Positions 37,958 through 47,635 of a DNA stretch of 58,368 nt are shown here, piece by piece. Numbering within the stretch: position 1 is the stretch's first letter; every line of letters starts with the position of its first letter. Under the pieces are notes generated by a model. The model saw nothing but the letters and a program-made list of their open reading frames with translations, was not told the DNA's origin and did no database searches. The stretch spans positions 1 through 58,368 of the IMG/VR virus record IMGVR_UViG_3300046171_000264, one strand, 5' to 3'. This DNA is from a virus (lineage: Duplodnaviria > Caudoviricetes). A program made the translations under genes and the position numbers.

Positions 37958-39805
37958 TCAGTACCCTTCGTTGTAGGCCCGGAAAGCATCGGCCTCGTTA
38001 TCGGGCACCGGTGAAAGCCCTACTACATTCTGCCCGGGAAACAGTTTCTGCACCGCAGCCCTTGCAGCGCGGAGTGCGTTGAATCCTGTGGTGTAAGGGC
38101 CGTCCGTAATAGCACTATCAAGGCTGAAGCGCGCTCGGTAAAGCTTCCGTGCTCGAGTGCGGTGGGGTCCAATGATCAGGATCGGAGCTGCAGAGCCACT
38201 ATCGATGCGCTGCCCGTCAGGGCCGACAAGCGGGCCAGCGACGACATCATCAACACGATGGGTGATACGAATGCGGAGTCCTTCAGCGGAATCGAAGTGC
38301 GTGTCCCCGCGGTTGGGCGGCAAGATGCCTTGCTCCCCGCGGTTGGGCGGCAAGATGCCTTGCTCCCCGTCCTCGGAAGCTGTCGGCCGCTCAGCTGCGG
38401 CTTCAGCTGGCTGCACCGCTTGCTTCTGCGCTTGGTAGCCGGCCATCTGCGATTGGAATTGAGCGTCCGCGGAGATAGCGAGCCGCTCGGTGATCACTTC
38501 ATTGAGTTTTGTATCGATGCTGTAATCTGTGCCGCTGAAGCGGGACTCACGGACCTCTAGAGCGTTGAGCACCCCATATTGCAGGTACTGAATGTCGGAA
38601 GCTGCCGTGAGCTGTCTCAGCTCGGCCTTCTCCTTGTCGGTCTGCGTAAAGACCGAGGGAAACTGGACCGACCAGGACTCGGGGACACGGCCTCGGGTTG
38701 GTCCTTCGCTCGAGGCCAGGATGTAATTGAAGACTTCTGTGATAGGCGTGCGGCAGTAAACCTCTTGCCACTGCTCCACCAATGAGGCCCACATGCGCTC
38801 CTCGAAGCGGCCTTCCTTACCCAAGCCACCAGGGCTGTCGCCCATCAGGATGGAAGCCGGCCAACCCGTGGAAGCCTGCAGATCCTTCACGAAGGGGTCC
38901 GTAGCCGTAGCGATATTGCTCAGTGCTCGGTTGAGGAAGCTCAGTTCCTCTTCGGTGTCGACCACCATGCCGCCATAGAGGCTACGGCTGAGGCTGTTGG
39001 CCTCCAGCCGTTTGCGCAGGTCGCTTTCGTGGCCAGCGGCGATACGGTTGAAAAGCCCGGGGATCTTGTGTACGAACAGGTCGGCATCCGACGCCATAGC
39101 TTCGAGGCCTGATATTGCGGTCTCATAGCGTTTGAATGATTCCCAGATCAGCTGCAGCACAGACTGTCCCCACCCTGTGTTGCGGGAGCGCATGTTCCAT
39201 GGCAGGTACAGACCGTCGAAGCGGGCTACGCGAGAGCTGTGCACGCGAATATTGACGTAGCCGCTGGTCTGCTCTGGCGTGATGCGCTGACTGGTGGTGA
39301 TCCGGTAGTGCGAAGGACGGGAGTAGTCCGTAATGGAGAAGTCTTCGGGGATCAGTTCGTGCCGCGAAAGCGGGATATACCCGCGCACTCCGCGGATGCG
39401 CTTGTTTTCGACCGGGTCCTCAGGCTGCCCACCGTCATCGACGAGCAGGACCAGGCCGGCGCCTCCATAAAGGCGTTGCAGCTTAACAACCTCAGAAAGT
39501 GCGAAGTGAAACTGTGTTGTCTGGAGATATTGATTAAACGAGGCGCGCAAGTCAGCACTATCGGCCGCTGCGTCCCCACCTAAAGAGATGGTAGGTACAT
39601 GACGCAGGATCTCGTCACTGATGGCATCAACGTAGCGACGTGGGATGCCACTGGTGTATAGAGATTCGAGTTCAGCTTCAGTAAGAAGCGTGTTAAAGCG
39701 TACGTTTGTGCTAACTGTTTTGTCTTTCTTAGCTACGCCTAAACCTGTAAGTGCATTAATTAACGCACCATCATTCCGGTAGTCTTCTGATGTTGAATTG
39801 GCCAT
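37958..39805 (-). CDS. Portal protein (DUF1073 family) with C-terminal extension
   Basis: RLYGGAG, VHSSRV.RFDG, WGQSVL, GWPASILMG.SPGGL; lies between terminase and MuF. Confidence 0.9.
   Translation of the reverse strand: MANSTSEDYRNDGALINALTGLGVAKKDKTVSTNVRFNTLLTEAELESLYTSGIPRRYVDAISDEILRHVPTISLGGDAAADSADLRASFNQYLQTTQFHFALSEVVKLQRLYGGAGLVLLVDDGGQPEDPVENKRIRGVRGYIPLSRHELIPEDFSITDYSRPSHYRITTSQRITPEQTSGYVNIRVHSSRVARFDGLYLPWNMRSRNTGWGQSVLQLIWESFKRYETAISGLEAMASDADLFVHKIPGLFNRIAAGHESDLRKRLEANSLSRSLYGGMVVDTEEELSFLNRALSNIATATDPFVKDLQASTGWPASILMGDSPGGLGKEGRFEERMWASLVEQWQEVYCRTPITEVFNYILASSEGPTRGRVPESWSVQFPSVFTQTDKEKAELRQLTAASDIQYLQYGVLNALEVRESRFSGTDYSIDTKLNEVITERLAISADAQFQSQMAGYQAQKQAVQPAEAAAERPTASEDGEQGILPPNRGEQGILPPNRGDTHFDSAEGLRIRITHRVDDVVAGPLVGPDGQRIDSGSAAPILIIGPHRTRARKLYRARFSLDSAITDGPYTTGFNALRAARAAVQKLFPGQNVVGLSPVPDNEADAFRAYNEGY
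38304..38369. repeat. 30-nt in-frame tandem duplication in the portal linker (GEQGILPPNR x2)
   Basis: tccccgcggttgggcggcaagatgccttgc repeated exactly. Confidence 0.95.
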
Positions 39806-39848
39806 GGAATGAAGGGCTCAAGGGAGCTGTGTTGATCCTAGCGCTACT

Positions 39849-39942
39849 GTTACCAGATACAGATTGCTCCGGTAACTGACTTGAGTATCTGGTAACACGC
39901 AGCTGGATCTGGTAATGCATATTGGTATCTGGTAACTGACTT
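39849..39942. repeat. Array of (GTATCT)GGTAAC repeats with an exact 20-bp period plus one inverted copy
   Basis: GGTAA cores at 39871, 39891, 39911, 39931; inverted GTTACCAGATAC at 39849. Confidence 0.9.
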
Positions 39943-39996
39943 CTAGGCGTGCACTACGGTTCAGACAGTTAAACTGATTAAGCCACCCAAAAAGGA

Positions 39997-40326
39997 ATGG
40001 TTGACCATCAAATCGATGGGTCGAGTCTCCTAACCAAGCGGCAAGCCAAGCAGCAATTTCGCGAAGGGATCCTCAATAGCTGGGGGTCCCTTTGTGCTTA
40101 TTGCGGTCGCCCAGGAGACACGCTGGACCATGTGCGCCCTCGGAGTCGAGGCGGGCCTACCGACAGGCACAACCTTGTGTGCTGCTGCATCTGCTGCAAC
40201 CAAGCAAAAGGAAGCGAAGGCGACTGGCGCCATTGGTTCAGACAACAGAAATGGTGGTCTCCATACAGAGAGCACGCAATCCAGGTTTGGTTAAATACAG
40301 AGACTCAAGACTGGGCTACGGTCTAA
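39997..40326 (+). CDS. HNH endonuclease
   Basis: CAYCG...TLDHVRPRSRGG...NLVCCC..CNQAKG. Confidence 0.9.
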   Translation: MVDHQIDGSSLLTKRQAKQQFREGILNSWGSLCAYCGRPGDTLDHVRPRSRGGPTDRHNLVCCCICCNQAKGSEGDWRHWFRQQKWWSPYREHAIQVWLNTETQDWATV

Positions 40327-41726
40327 ATGTTGTCGAAGAAACCTGCTGTAGCTGGAGTGTCTGGAATTAAAGAGCAAGCAAACGCCAGCGCCATCACAGT
40401 GTCGTCGTGCGCTCCACTAGCAGCCTGCCGAGCACCGTTCTCCTGCTGTTGAAACGCTCGTAGCTCGTCTGCAATAATGCCCGAGGGAAAGATCAACTCA
40501 TCGCGCTCGAGGATATAAAGAATGCGATCTGTGGCTACGGTTTTGGACGCCCTGCTCGTATTGAAAGTCTCAATGGCGTAATTAGGTAATATGTGCTGCA
40601 ATGCTTCAGCTATAACAGCACCCATCGCTTGTTTCTCGACAATTACACGTTGAGGCATATAATCCTTTATTAGCTCACTTACATGCTTCAAGCTGTAATC
40701 AGTGCTCTTGCCATTCTCTCGGTACATACCAACGATCTCGTAGGGCGTGGACGTTATGTCCATCACCATTGCTACGAAATAGTCGTTCCCTCCGGCATTG
40801 GGATCAATTCCTATGACATAACTACGGTTAATCGACCCACACTCGCGCCAGTGACCCCTCGCGGCTTTATTAATCAGCTCATTGGGGTAGATCTGGGTAT
40901 CAGTGGCCCCAAACTGAAGCTCGTACTCGGAGTTCCATGCCGCCGTGGTCATGCGGCGAGACTCACGAGTCTTACGCGCCCAGCTGGGGTCAGCCCCGTA
41001 GATCGGGTGCTGCGAGTAGTGAATGGTGACCTTGTTCCAGTTACCTTCGTCGGTGTGCCAGAGCTGGCCAAACCAGTCCTGTTCGGTGTCGGGCGTGGAG
41101 ACCACGATCACCTTGGCGGCGTCACCCACCATGGAGAGTGTGGGCATGGCGCCGCGGTAGATCTCTGCAGCGCCCTCAAGAAAGGCGGCCTCATCCATAA
41201 ACAGGACGGAGCAGCTCGGGATGCCCCGGGCAGCGCGGGGTGAGGCCGGCAGGAAATACAGCGTACCCCGGCCTTCAAACGCTAACTGTGTAGTGCTATC
41301 AGTGAGGTAGCGAATGGTCTCGCCCCGCAGGCTGTTCGCCATTGCACGCACACGTCGACCGAGCTCGGAGGCGTCCGTCTGCGTCTTGCTGAAGACAACC
41401 GCGGCGAAGCCTCGTTCTGTCAGCGCGCGGTCGAGCAGGTAATTGCAGACAGTTTCGGAAACACCGGTCTGGCGTGACTTGTTGACGAGTGTATTGGGGT
41501 TTGCGTTGATGGACCGGACCAGATCTTCCTGGTACACGTACGGGTCAAAAGGTGCCACCGTCCCGCTGGTGCGAATCCAGGTGCGGCGCGCGAAATCAGG
41601 CCAGTTTGCGACTGTGGGCAACGTGGAGGCTACACCAGACTCGTAATTGGCAGCCCGCGCTTTACGTCGCTCCAGCTCTGTCTGCAGTCGTTCTACACGC
41701 TTGCGGAGGGCAGAAACAGAAGCCAT
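40323..41726 (-). CDS. terL: Terminase large subunit
   Basis: Walker A KSRQTGVS, Walker B LFMDEAAF, VSTP, nuclease IGIDP and HDDTVMALA. Confidence 0.95.
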   Translation of the reverse strand: MASVSALRKRVERLQTELERRKARAANYESGVASTLPTVANWPDFARRTWIRTSGTVAPFDPYVYQEDLVRSINANPNTLVNKSRQTGVSETVCNYLLDRALTERGFAAVVFSKTQTDASELGRRVRAMANSLRGETIRYLTDSTTQLAFEGRGTLYFLPASPRAARGIPSCSVLFMDEAAFLEGAAEIYRGAMPTLSMVGDAAKVIVVSTPDTEQDWFGQLWHTDEGNWNKVTIHYSQHPIYGADPSWARKTRESRRMTTAAWNSEYELQFGATDTQIYPNELINKAARGHWRECGSINRSYVIGIDPNAGGNDYFVAMVMDITSTPYEIVGMYRENGKSTDYSLKHVSELIKDYMPQRVIVEKQAMGAVIAEALQHILPNYAIETFNTSRASKTVATDRILYILERDELIFPSGIIADELRAFQQQENGARQAASGAHDDTVMALAFACSLIPDTPATAGFFDNI

Positions 41727-42178
41727 CAGATGTCAATGGCGTCGTCAGTCTCGGAAACGAGCTCAAGTCCGTCGGAGTCGTTGTACGCCGTGAGGCGAAG
41801 TAGCTGGCGCTCCAGATCCTGGATCTGACGCTCGAGGATCCGACGTTCCTGATAAGCCTGTGCTCCACTCATCAGGGTCCGAGCCGCCGCGATGCGATCA
41901 GCTGCCCGGGCGTTTTCGTCGTTAATGATGGCGTCCAGCATGTTGATGGCGTCAGGGATCGTGCTGATGTTCATGCCACCGGTCTCGGAAAGCATGTCTT
42001 GTTGGATGCGCGAGATGGCCTGCTGGACTGGGGCTCGCTGACGCCAGGTGTAGATCGATTTCTCGCTGACACCGATCTTGCGAGCTGTCTCGCGGATGGT
42101 GGTGCCCCGAGCAAGGTAGTTGGCGGCGATGCGCTGCCGTTCATTCAGTCCGTCGGGGCCATAGACACGATCTACCAC
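41726..42178 (-). CDS. terS: Terminase small subunit (HTH)
   Basis: N-terminal HTH (TIRETARKIGVSEKSIYTW); directly upstream of terL. Confidence 0.75.
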   Translation of the reverse strand: MVDRVYGPDGLNERQRIAANYLARGTTIRETARKIGVSEKSIYTWRQRAPVQQAISRIQQDMLSETGGMNISTIPDAINMLDAIINDENARAADRIAAARTLMSGAQAYQERRILERQIQDLERQLLRLTAYNDSDGLELVSETDDAIDI

Positions 42179-42232
42179 GAAGCTTCTATTGTGTTCAGAC
42201 AGGTTCAGACTAACAGGTAAGAGTACGGCTTA

Positions 42233-42421
42233 TTATGAAGTAGGCAACATCTGATCCAGGTAGATCGCTGCTTGATGCAGGTTGGTGGAATAGCGGCACA
42301 TACCGACAGCGCAGCTTAGGTAACAAGTACTGCCGTCCTCGGTGGTAAAGACTTCGATGGTGCCTCGGCCTTTTATGAGGCACCGGTGGGGTTTATTTAC
42401 TGCTAGAGGACGCGGCTGCAT
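42233..42421 (-). CDS. Hypothetical protein
   Basis: 62-aa ORF in the operon. Confidence 0.5.
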   Translation of the reverse strand: MQPRPLAVNKPHRCLIKGRGTIEVFTTEDGSTCYLSCAVGMCRYSTNLHQAAIYLDQMLPTS

Positions 42422-42611
42422 GCTCTGCCTGGTCGATGGCGACTAAATACCGGATGCGTTCTTGATAGAGCCCGGTGTAAAGGCCGTTGGTACGCCCGCT
42501 GTTGATGTAAAGGCGGTGGATGTAGTCAGCGCGGGCTTGCTGCTCATGTGGATTTAGTGCTGGATGCATGCTGAAAGGTACTCCGTGGTCATGGCGTGAT
42601 TCTTTTGTCAT
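42393..42611 (-). CDS. Hypothetical protein
   Basis: Likely start MTKESR overlapping the thyX stop; SGRTNGLYTGLYQE motif. Confidence 0.55.
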   Translation of the reverse strand: MTKESRHDHGVPFSMHPALNPHEQQARADYIHRLYINSGRTNGLYTGLYQERIRYLVAIDQAEHAAASSSSK

Positions 42612-43345
42612 GGCGCTAAACGAGCTTTGCCCCAGCGATTTTTTGTGTACCAGTCGTGAACTGGCGCGATCCACTCTGCGAAATGCGGCATCATCAACTG
42701 GCACATCTGATGAATTTCTATCTGCGCATCCGCCTTGCCCCGCAGGTCGAGGAAGTGCATAAGGCTGCGCAGGTTGAACGTTACGACAAAATGCTGTCGG
42801 TAATCAAACGGCAGCACTCCTCTAGCGTGCTCCTCCGAAATACCAGCATCTAGCGCCTCTTTATAACGCCGAGCAGAGTCCTCGCAGTGCTGCAGATCCT
42901 TGGCCCGTAGCCGCTCGTCGTATGTGTATCGCTTGCCCTGGCGATTGGTGTAATCACCAACAGGTCGCAGGTAGAACGCCTCTTCGACATCAACAATGCC
43001 CTCAGCCACAGCAGCGATTCGCTGGCCGGTGTAGCGCATGGACTGAACGTCCCAGCTGGTGCCCACCCTGTGAGTCCGAGCTTGTTGGATTACCGAGTGA
43101 GGGAAATAGCCAACAGCAAATGTGATACTGGCGTGTTCCAGTGGGCCGTAATGGCCGCGACCTCCCAAAAGCAGGTGCTTTACGATTCGATCACCAGCTT
43201 CTGACTCGATCCGTAGTTGGTCAAAACACCGTTCAAGAAAAATCCAAGACTCTGAATAGTCCTGGTGCATGGCCTGCCAGCAAAGCGTGGCTGGCTCCCT
43301 GGTCTGGCTTAAAACGCCAACCTGAAAGCGCGGGTCAATTTGCAT
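42608..43345 (-). CDS. thyX: Flavin-dependent thymidylate synthase
   Basis: GHYGPLEH, RTHR...SWDVQSMRY, ARGVLP, NLRSLMHFLDLR...AQIEI. Confidence 0.95.
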   Translation of the reverse strand: MQIDPRFQVGVLSQTREPATLCWQAMHQDYSESWIFLERCFDQLRIESEAGDRIVKHLLLGGRGHYGPLEHASITFAVGYFPHSVIQQARTHRVGTSWDVQSMRYTGQRIAAVAEGIVDVEEAFYLRPVGDYTNRQGKRYTYDERLRAKDLQHCEDSARRYKEALDAGISEEHARGVLPFDYRQHFVVTFNLRSLMHFLDLRGKADAQIEIHQMCQLMMPHFAEWIAPVHDWYTKNRWGKARLAP

Positions 43346-43491
43346 CGTTCATCTCCTGTAATAATTTTTTTAGTTCTTCGTCTTCCATTGAATCTACAGC
43401 TGACAGGAAGCCAGCTGTTATAGCTTGCACAAGACGTTGAGGGCTAACAATGGCTAGCAGCGCAAACTGCAAGCGAGTGTAAACGCCAAAT

Positions 43492-43743
43492 TTAATTTTC
43501 ATTGGTCGTTCTTCTGTGGGTCAAGTTCATTTGCAATATTGGGTCAAGTTCATTTGCAACGTCACGTAGATGTGCAGCTAATTCTCGCCTGCCTTCTCCA
43601 CACAATAGGCCCAAATCGACTGTAGTGTCGTTAGCGGTAACTTCAACCATAAGAATCTGGTTCACACCATCTGATATTTTGTCAGCAAGGCTTCGGAAAG
43701 CATAAGGAAGACGCTTGGTTTGGATAGTTAGCGGGCGAGCCAT
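43492..43743 (-). CDS. Hypothetical protein
   Basis: 83-aa ORF in the operon. Confidence 0.5.
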   Translation of the reverse strand: MARPLTIQTKRLPYAFRSLADKISDGVNQILMVEVTANDTTVDLGLLCGEGRRELAAHLRDVANELDPILQMNLTHRRTTNEN

Positions 43744-43915
43744 TATTTTTCAAATGCAAGGCAAATAGATTGGGCAAGAATGTTGTCGTAAAGACGCCCA
43801 CATGCTTGCCATTTTTGAGGTATCCACCAAACACCAATAATCACCGCAGCGACCATAAGGGCAATCATCTCCCAAACAGGTAGTTTGGCAGAATTGTTTT
43901 TAGTTTTGCAATCAG

Positions 43916-44731
43916 TCATGAATTTTCCTCCAGTGTGATTGGGGCTTCCTTGATCAGCTTCAGCAAAGTGTCTCGCTGTCTCCGTCGCGCAAGGATGGGG
44001 TCGCCGTCGGCTAGTGCGGTGGCTTGGAAAGCGCGGGCGGCGAAGGTGGCGGAGTCGGCGGCCAGTTCGGCGGCCAGTTCGGCGTAGTTGGTGGCTAGTG
44101 CGGCGTCGTCGGCCCAGTCAGCGCAGGCAGCGGCGGCGTAGGCGGACCAGGCAGCGGCGGAGTCGGCGTGGGCGGCCCAGGCAGCGGTGGCGGCGTCGGC
44201 GGCGGAGGCCCTGGTAATGGCGTAGGCGTAGGCGGCGGCGGCTTTTGACGCGGACTCGGCTTCGTGAGCAGGCCATCCTAATCCGTTGGCTAATCGATCC
44301 ATCCCTGCGATAACAGGGGCGACAACAGCCTGGGTTTCAGCGAGAACAGTAGGCAGTGCTCGCAACTCTGCAGCAAGGAATTTCCACCCGATGCGGCTGA
44401 GGTCTTTCCCGTTGCATTCAATAGCGCCCAGTAATGCAGCCAAGAACTCAGGAGCTTCGCCCGGAGGTAGCCCTTCAAAAATTGATTCAGCGATGCGGCT
44501 GATCATTCGTGGGATCCCATATTCCCGCTCGATGCATGCGGGGTTGTCCACCCCGCCAGAAAGACAATCGATAAAGCAGGTTAAGTAACCCCCCTGCTCG
44601 ACACGAACAGCTTCAACGTGGCGCTGGACTTCAGCTTTCAGTTGGTGAAAATTCTTAGTGATCATTAGCTGTTCTCCTGTGGGCGCATTGCTTTTCTTAG
44701 GTTGTTGATCATTAGCTGGTGGGTGAGTCAC
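43916..44731 (-). CDS. Hypothetical protein with Ala-rich low-complexity tract
   Basis: CFIDCL...YGIP...ESIFEGLP N-terminal domain; Ala repeats; RRRQRDTLLKLI C-terminus. Confidence 0.7.
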   Translation of the reverse strand: MTHPPANDQQPKKSNAPTGEQLMITKNFHQLKAEVQRHVEAVRVEQGGYLTCFIDCLSGGVDNPACIEREYGIPRMISRIAESIFEGLPPGEAPEFLAALLGAIECNGKDLSRIGWKFLAAELRALPTVLAETQAVVAPVIAGMDRLANGLGWPAHEAESASKAAAAYAYAITRASAADAATAAWAAHADSAAAWSAYAAAACADWADDAALATNYAELAAELAADSATFAARAFQATALADGDPILARRRQRDTLLKLIKEAPITLEENS

Positions 44732-45165
44732 GAGTTGCCCTCCGGCTCTGAAGAGTCTTCAACCGTATCTTCACATTGCTCTTCAAGAGCTTTGATCGTG
44801 AAACGTTGCGCCTCTATTTCATTGCGAAGACGCTTGATGGTTTCGTCAAACTTTTCCTTTTGCCTGGCGAAAGAAACCAAGACTTCGGGAGCGCAAATTT
44901 CAAACGACTTGTAAAGAACGGCATCGCTAGGCGGGACGACCATGAACTCAGGGTTCTCTGAGCGACCCTCAAACTTAACCTTATCAGCCAACAAAACAGT
45001 CATCTCAGGCTCGACTACCTCAGGCCGGTTCCATGAGTCTTGGTAAAAAATCGCATTGTTTTCCAGCATTAGCGCCAACTGCTGCAGCGAATCGGAGCAG
45101 CTGTCGTCGCTAGGAATATGGATAGCGATATGCGTTGCGCCATTTGTTTTAATGAGTGCAAACAT
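44728..45165 (-). CDS. Hypothetical protein
   Basis: 145-aa ORF, coiled-coil C-terminus. Confidence 0.6.
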   Translation of the reverse strand: MFALIKTNGATHIAIHIPSDDSCSDSLQQLALMLENNAIFYQDSWNRPEVVEPEMTVLLADKVKFEGRSENPEFMVVPPSDAVLYKSFEICAPEVLVSFARQKEKFDETIKRLRNEIEAQRFTIKALEEQCEDTVEDSSEPEGNS

Positions 45166-45205
45166 TTGTTTGATTAGTTAGGTGAACAGTAGTGCGGGAC
45201 TAAGG

Positions 45206-45514
45206 TTAACGAGTCTCCATTTTTTTGTAGGCAATGGCTAATAATTCGTTTACAGAGTAAGATTCGATATTACGAAAAAGTTCTAAGCCCTCATTGAACG
45301 ATATACCTTTAACTGACGTAGCCTCTATGCAGAGCGTGACACGCTCTTGGACAGGAGCGGACAATGTTTCGCCAAAACTTGTAGCATCAACGCAATCTAG
45401 CTGTACGTCTAGTTGACTTAAATAGTAATTCTCTACAAGGTAAAAGCTATCATTGAAGCGAACAGCCATTCGCTCGCCGTCTGCGAAAACTGTAGGACTA
45501 TTACTTAGAAACAT
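45206..45514 (-). CDS. Hypothetical protein
   Basis: 102-aa ORF. Confidence 0.55.
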   Translation of the reverse strand: MFLSNSPTVFADGERMAVRFNDSFYLVENYYLSQLDVQLDCVDATSFGETLSAPVQERVTLCIEATSVKGISFNEGLELFRNIESYSVNELLAIAYKKMETR

Positions 45515-45749
45515 AACCTTCGCTCAACATAAGGATTCCTGACTGGTCATGTGCGAGCAAATCAGCTAATTCTGTTTTGGCTCTTTCTAGCATAATTTCA
45601 AGCCGTTTGATTTCAAGCAATCTATCTTTAATGACGCTCTTTGCTTTGTCGTATTCGTCAACTTCAAGCTCTGCCATTGCCTTGTTAAGCAATGCGGTGC
45701 TTTCATTGGACAACTGCAGATTGGAAAAAGTGGTTTTGAGTGTGCTCAT
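45501..45749 (-). CDS. Hypothetical coiled-coil protein
   Basis: 82-aa ORF. Confidence 0.6.
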   Translation of the reverse strand: MSTLKTTFSNLQLSNESTALLNKAMAELEVDEYDKAKSVIKDRLLEIKRLEIMLERAKTELADLLAHDQSGILMLSEGYVSK

Positions 45750-45910
45750 GAAGATTCAGGGTTAGTTGATAGTTATAAGATTGGGTGTGGCTCTTACGGG
45801 CCGCGGGATGAGAAAACTAGAAGTTACGCAAGCATAAGCGCAATAGAGAAACCAAACACAACAAAAATAATGCAAAGCTCTCCGCTCGAAATAGGGCGCT
45901 GAGTCATAGC

Positions 45911-46156
45911 TCAATCTGAGCGAAGCAGGCGTGACAATCTTCGTGCGAACTTTTTGATCTGTAACTTGTTGTACTTAGTAACATGCCAGTTACCACATAA
46001 AGGACAGTGATAAGGCGTGCCTGGATAACCACCACGACGTAAATGCGCCGTGGCAGATTGACGATTGATGTGCGGTATTTTGGACGCACACATCATGCGG
46101 GCACGTTCAAGGAATTGATCGTCACCCAAAGTGAGTGGATCAGTGTGCTTATTCAA
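45911..46156 (-). CDS. Small Zn-ribbon protein
   Basis: C.SK...A...YHCPLCGNWHVT. Confidence 0.65.
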   Translation of the reverse strand: MNKHTDPLTLGDDQFLERARMMCASKIPHINRQSATAHLRRGGYPGTPYHCPLCGNWHVTKYNKLQIKKFARRLSRLLRSD

Positions 46157-46331
46157 AAGAGTCGCTTAATCGCCCTCATAAATGGGGAGCTTCGCGCGGG
46201 AAGGTGGACGCTCATCGCTTGAGGCACGGTAGATAGCGTCGGCAGTCTCGCTGGCAGCACTGAGCAGGGGGCCGACAACAGGAGCTAACTCGCTGCAATA
46301 GCGAGCAACTGAACTCCAGATGTTTTCGGTT

Positions 46332-46739
46332 TTAGGCATCGATGATTTTGCGGTAGTGGGTAAAAGCAGCGTTGATCAAATCGCCGCGAGTGGTGCCTTG
46401 TGAACTGGCGGCAAGCTTGCGCTCGAGCCATGCGTGATTGTCAGGAAGAAGCGTCAGCGTAATGCGATGCTTCTCCTGCTCTCGGCGCAAGGCCTCATTA
46501 GTGCGGGCTAGCGCTCGGCGGGAGTCGGGCGAGCGATACCGCTCGAGATCCTTGGCTGTGATGATCCCGTGTTCGATAGCTCGCTGCATCATTTGATGCA
46601 CGCACTGTCGAGATACCCCGAGCTCGTGGGCAAGATCGGTCCACTTAGCAAAGCCGCGGCGTTGGTACTGCGCTTCGGCGTGTTCGATGAGTTCGGTGTA
46701 ACGACCGATAAGAAGTGGTTTAGGCATATGGAAGCTCAA
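46332..46739 (-). CDS. Putative HTH DNA-binding protein
   Basis: WTDLAHELGVSRQCVHQ. Confidence 0.65.
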   Translation of the reverse strand: MSFHMPKPLLIGRYTELIEHAEAQYQRRGFAKWTDLAHELGVSRQCVHQMMQRAIEHGIITAKDLERYRSPDSRRALARTNEALRREQEKHRITLTLLPDNHAWLERKLAASSQGTTRGDLINAAFTHYRKIIDA

Positions 46740-47171
46740 TAGTGACGACAGTCAAGCCGCTCCACCCCAGCTCTTCCAAAGCGGCGGCACGGCGATGTGC
46801 CGTAACGGACTCGGTAAAGCGTGTGGCTCGGATGGCGTCTTCGACTAGAGCAATCGGAGGGCCTTCAGGTCCGTGATTTGCCGCGAGGTAGTCACCACCC
46901 TTAGTGCGGATCGTGTAAGCAAGGCGCATTGAAGGTCCCTGCTGGGTAGTAACGGCTGTTGAATCCAAAAGTGCGAAGTCTGGCATTAGCGTGAAGAATC
47001 TCAGTGGCTGAAGCACATGTGCAATAAAGCACTGTGCCTGTAGTGGTATTGCAAAGCTCGTAAAGCTCAAATGCAGGCAAAGACATGCAAAAAGCAACGG
47101 AAATTCCGTAGTCGATAAGCGCGGCGGGCTCGGAGAATCTTGCTCCGTCCCGTACGCTCAGTCTGCCAAGC

Positions 47172-47582
47172 TCAGGGGGCGCTGTGCGCGCTAAAGTGAT
47201 AAGTACTACCACCTCCTTTGTGTAAGATACACTCAGGGACTGCATCATACAGATTTAAGCACGCATCAATGAATTGATTGACACGCGCTGCGGCTGTATG
47301 ACTATTTACACACTCTATAGAGACTTCATCCCTATTGCTCTCAACTAAATCTAATAGTTGCAGACAAGCTGCGCGATTAAAGTAGCCCCACAGATGCGTT
47401 GATAGACTTATTGTTTCCATGAATGTCTCATCGTTCAGCTGACCTTTTGTCAACTCAGTATGAAAAACCTGCACGATTTTTCTTTGAGTAGATGAAAGAC
47501 TATCGAAGTTTGGAAACAGCTCTCGGATTGTTTCGTCCCCGAGCTGCTCAAACAGCTGCTCAGGGGTATCAGGGATGTTCAT
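47172..47582 (-). CDS. Hypothetical protein
   Basis: Likely start MNIPDTPEQ within the 175-aa ORF. Confidence 0.6.
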   Translation of the reverse strand: MNIPDTPEQLFEQLGDETIRELFPNFDSLSSTQRKIVQVFHTELTKGQLNDETFMETISLSTHLWGYFNRAACLQLLDLVESNRDEVSIECVNSHTAAARVNQFIDACLNLYDAVPECILHKGGGSTYHFSAHSAP

Positions 47583-47635
47583 TAGAGGAAAAAAGTAAAA
47601 AGAAGGCCGGGGGTGCCGACCACTTGGGTGCATGC

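Noticed and set aside
37958-39805. Anti-CBASS Acb1 label sometimes attached to DUF1073 proteins
   Set aside because: I saw no paired HxT 2H-phosphodiesterase motifs; position and motifs indicate a portal.
39849-39942. Possible mini-CRISPR array
   Set aside because: The period is only 20 bp, with ~10-nt cores and ~10-nt gaps; no cas genes.
44010-44260. GC-rich GCG/GGC repeat tract as a hypervariable or mobile element
   Set aside because: Explained by an Ala-rich low-complexity coding segment.
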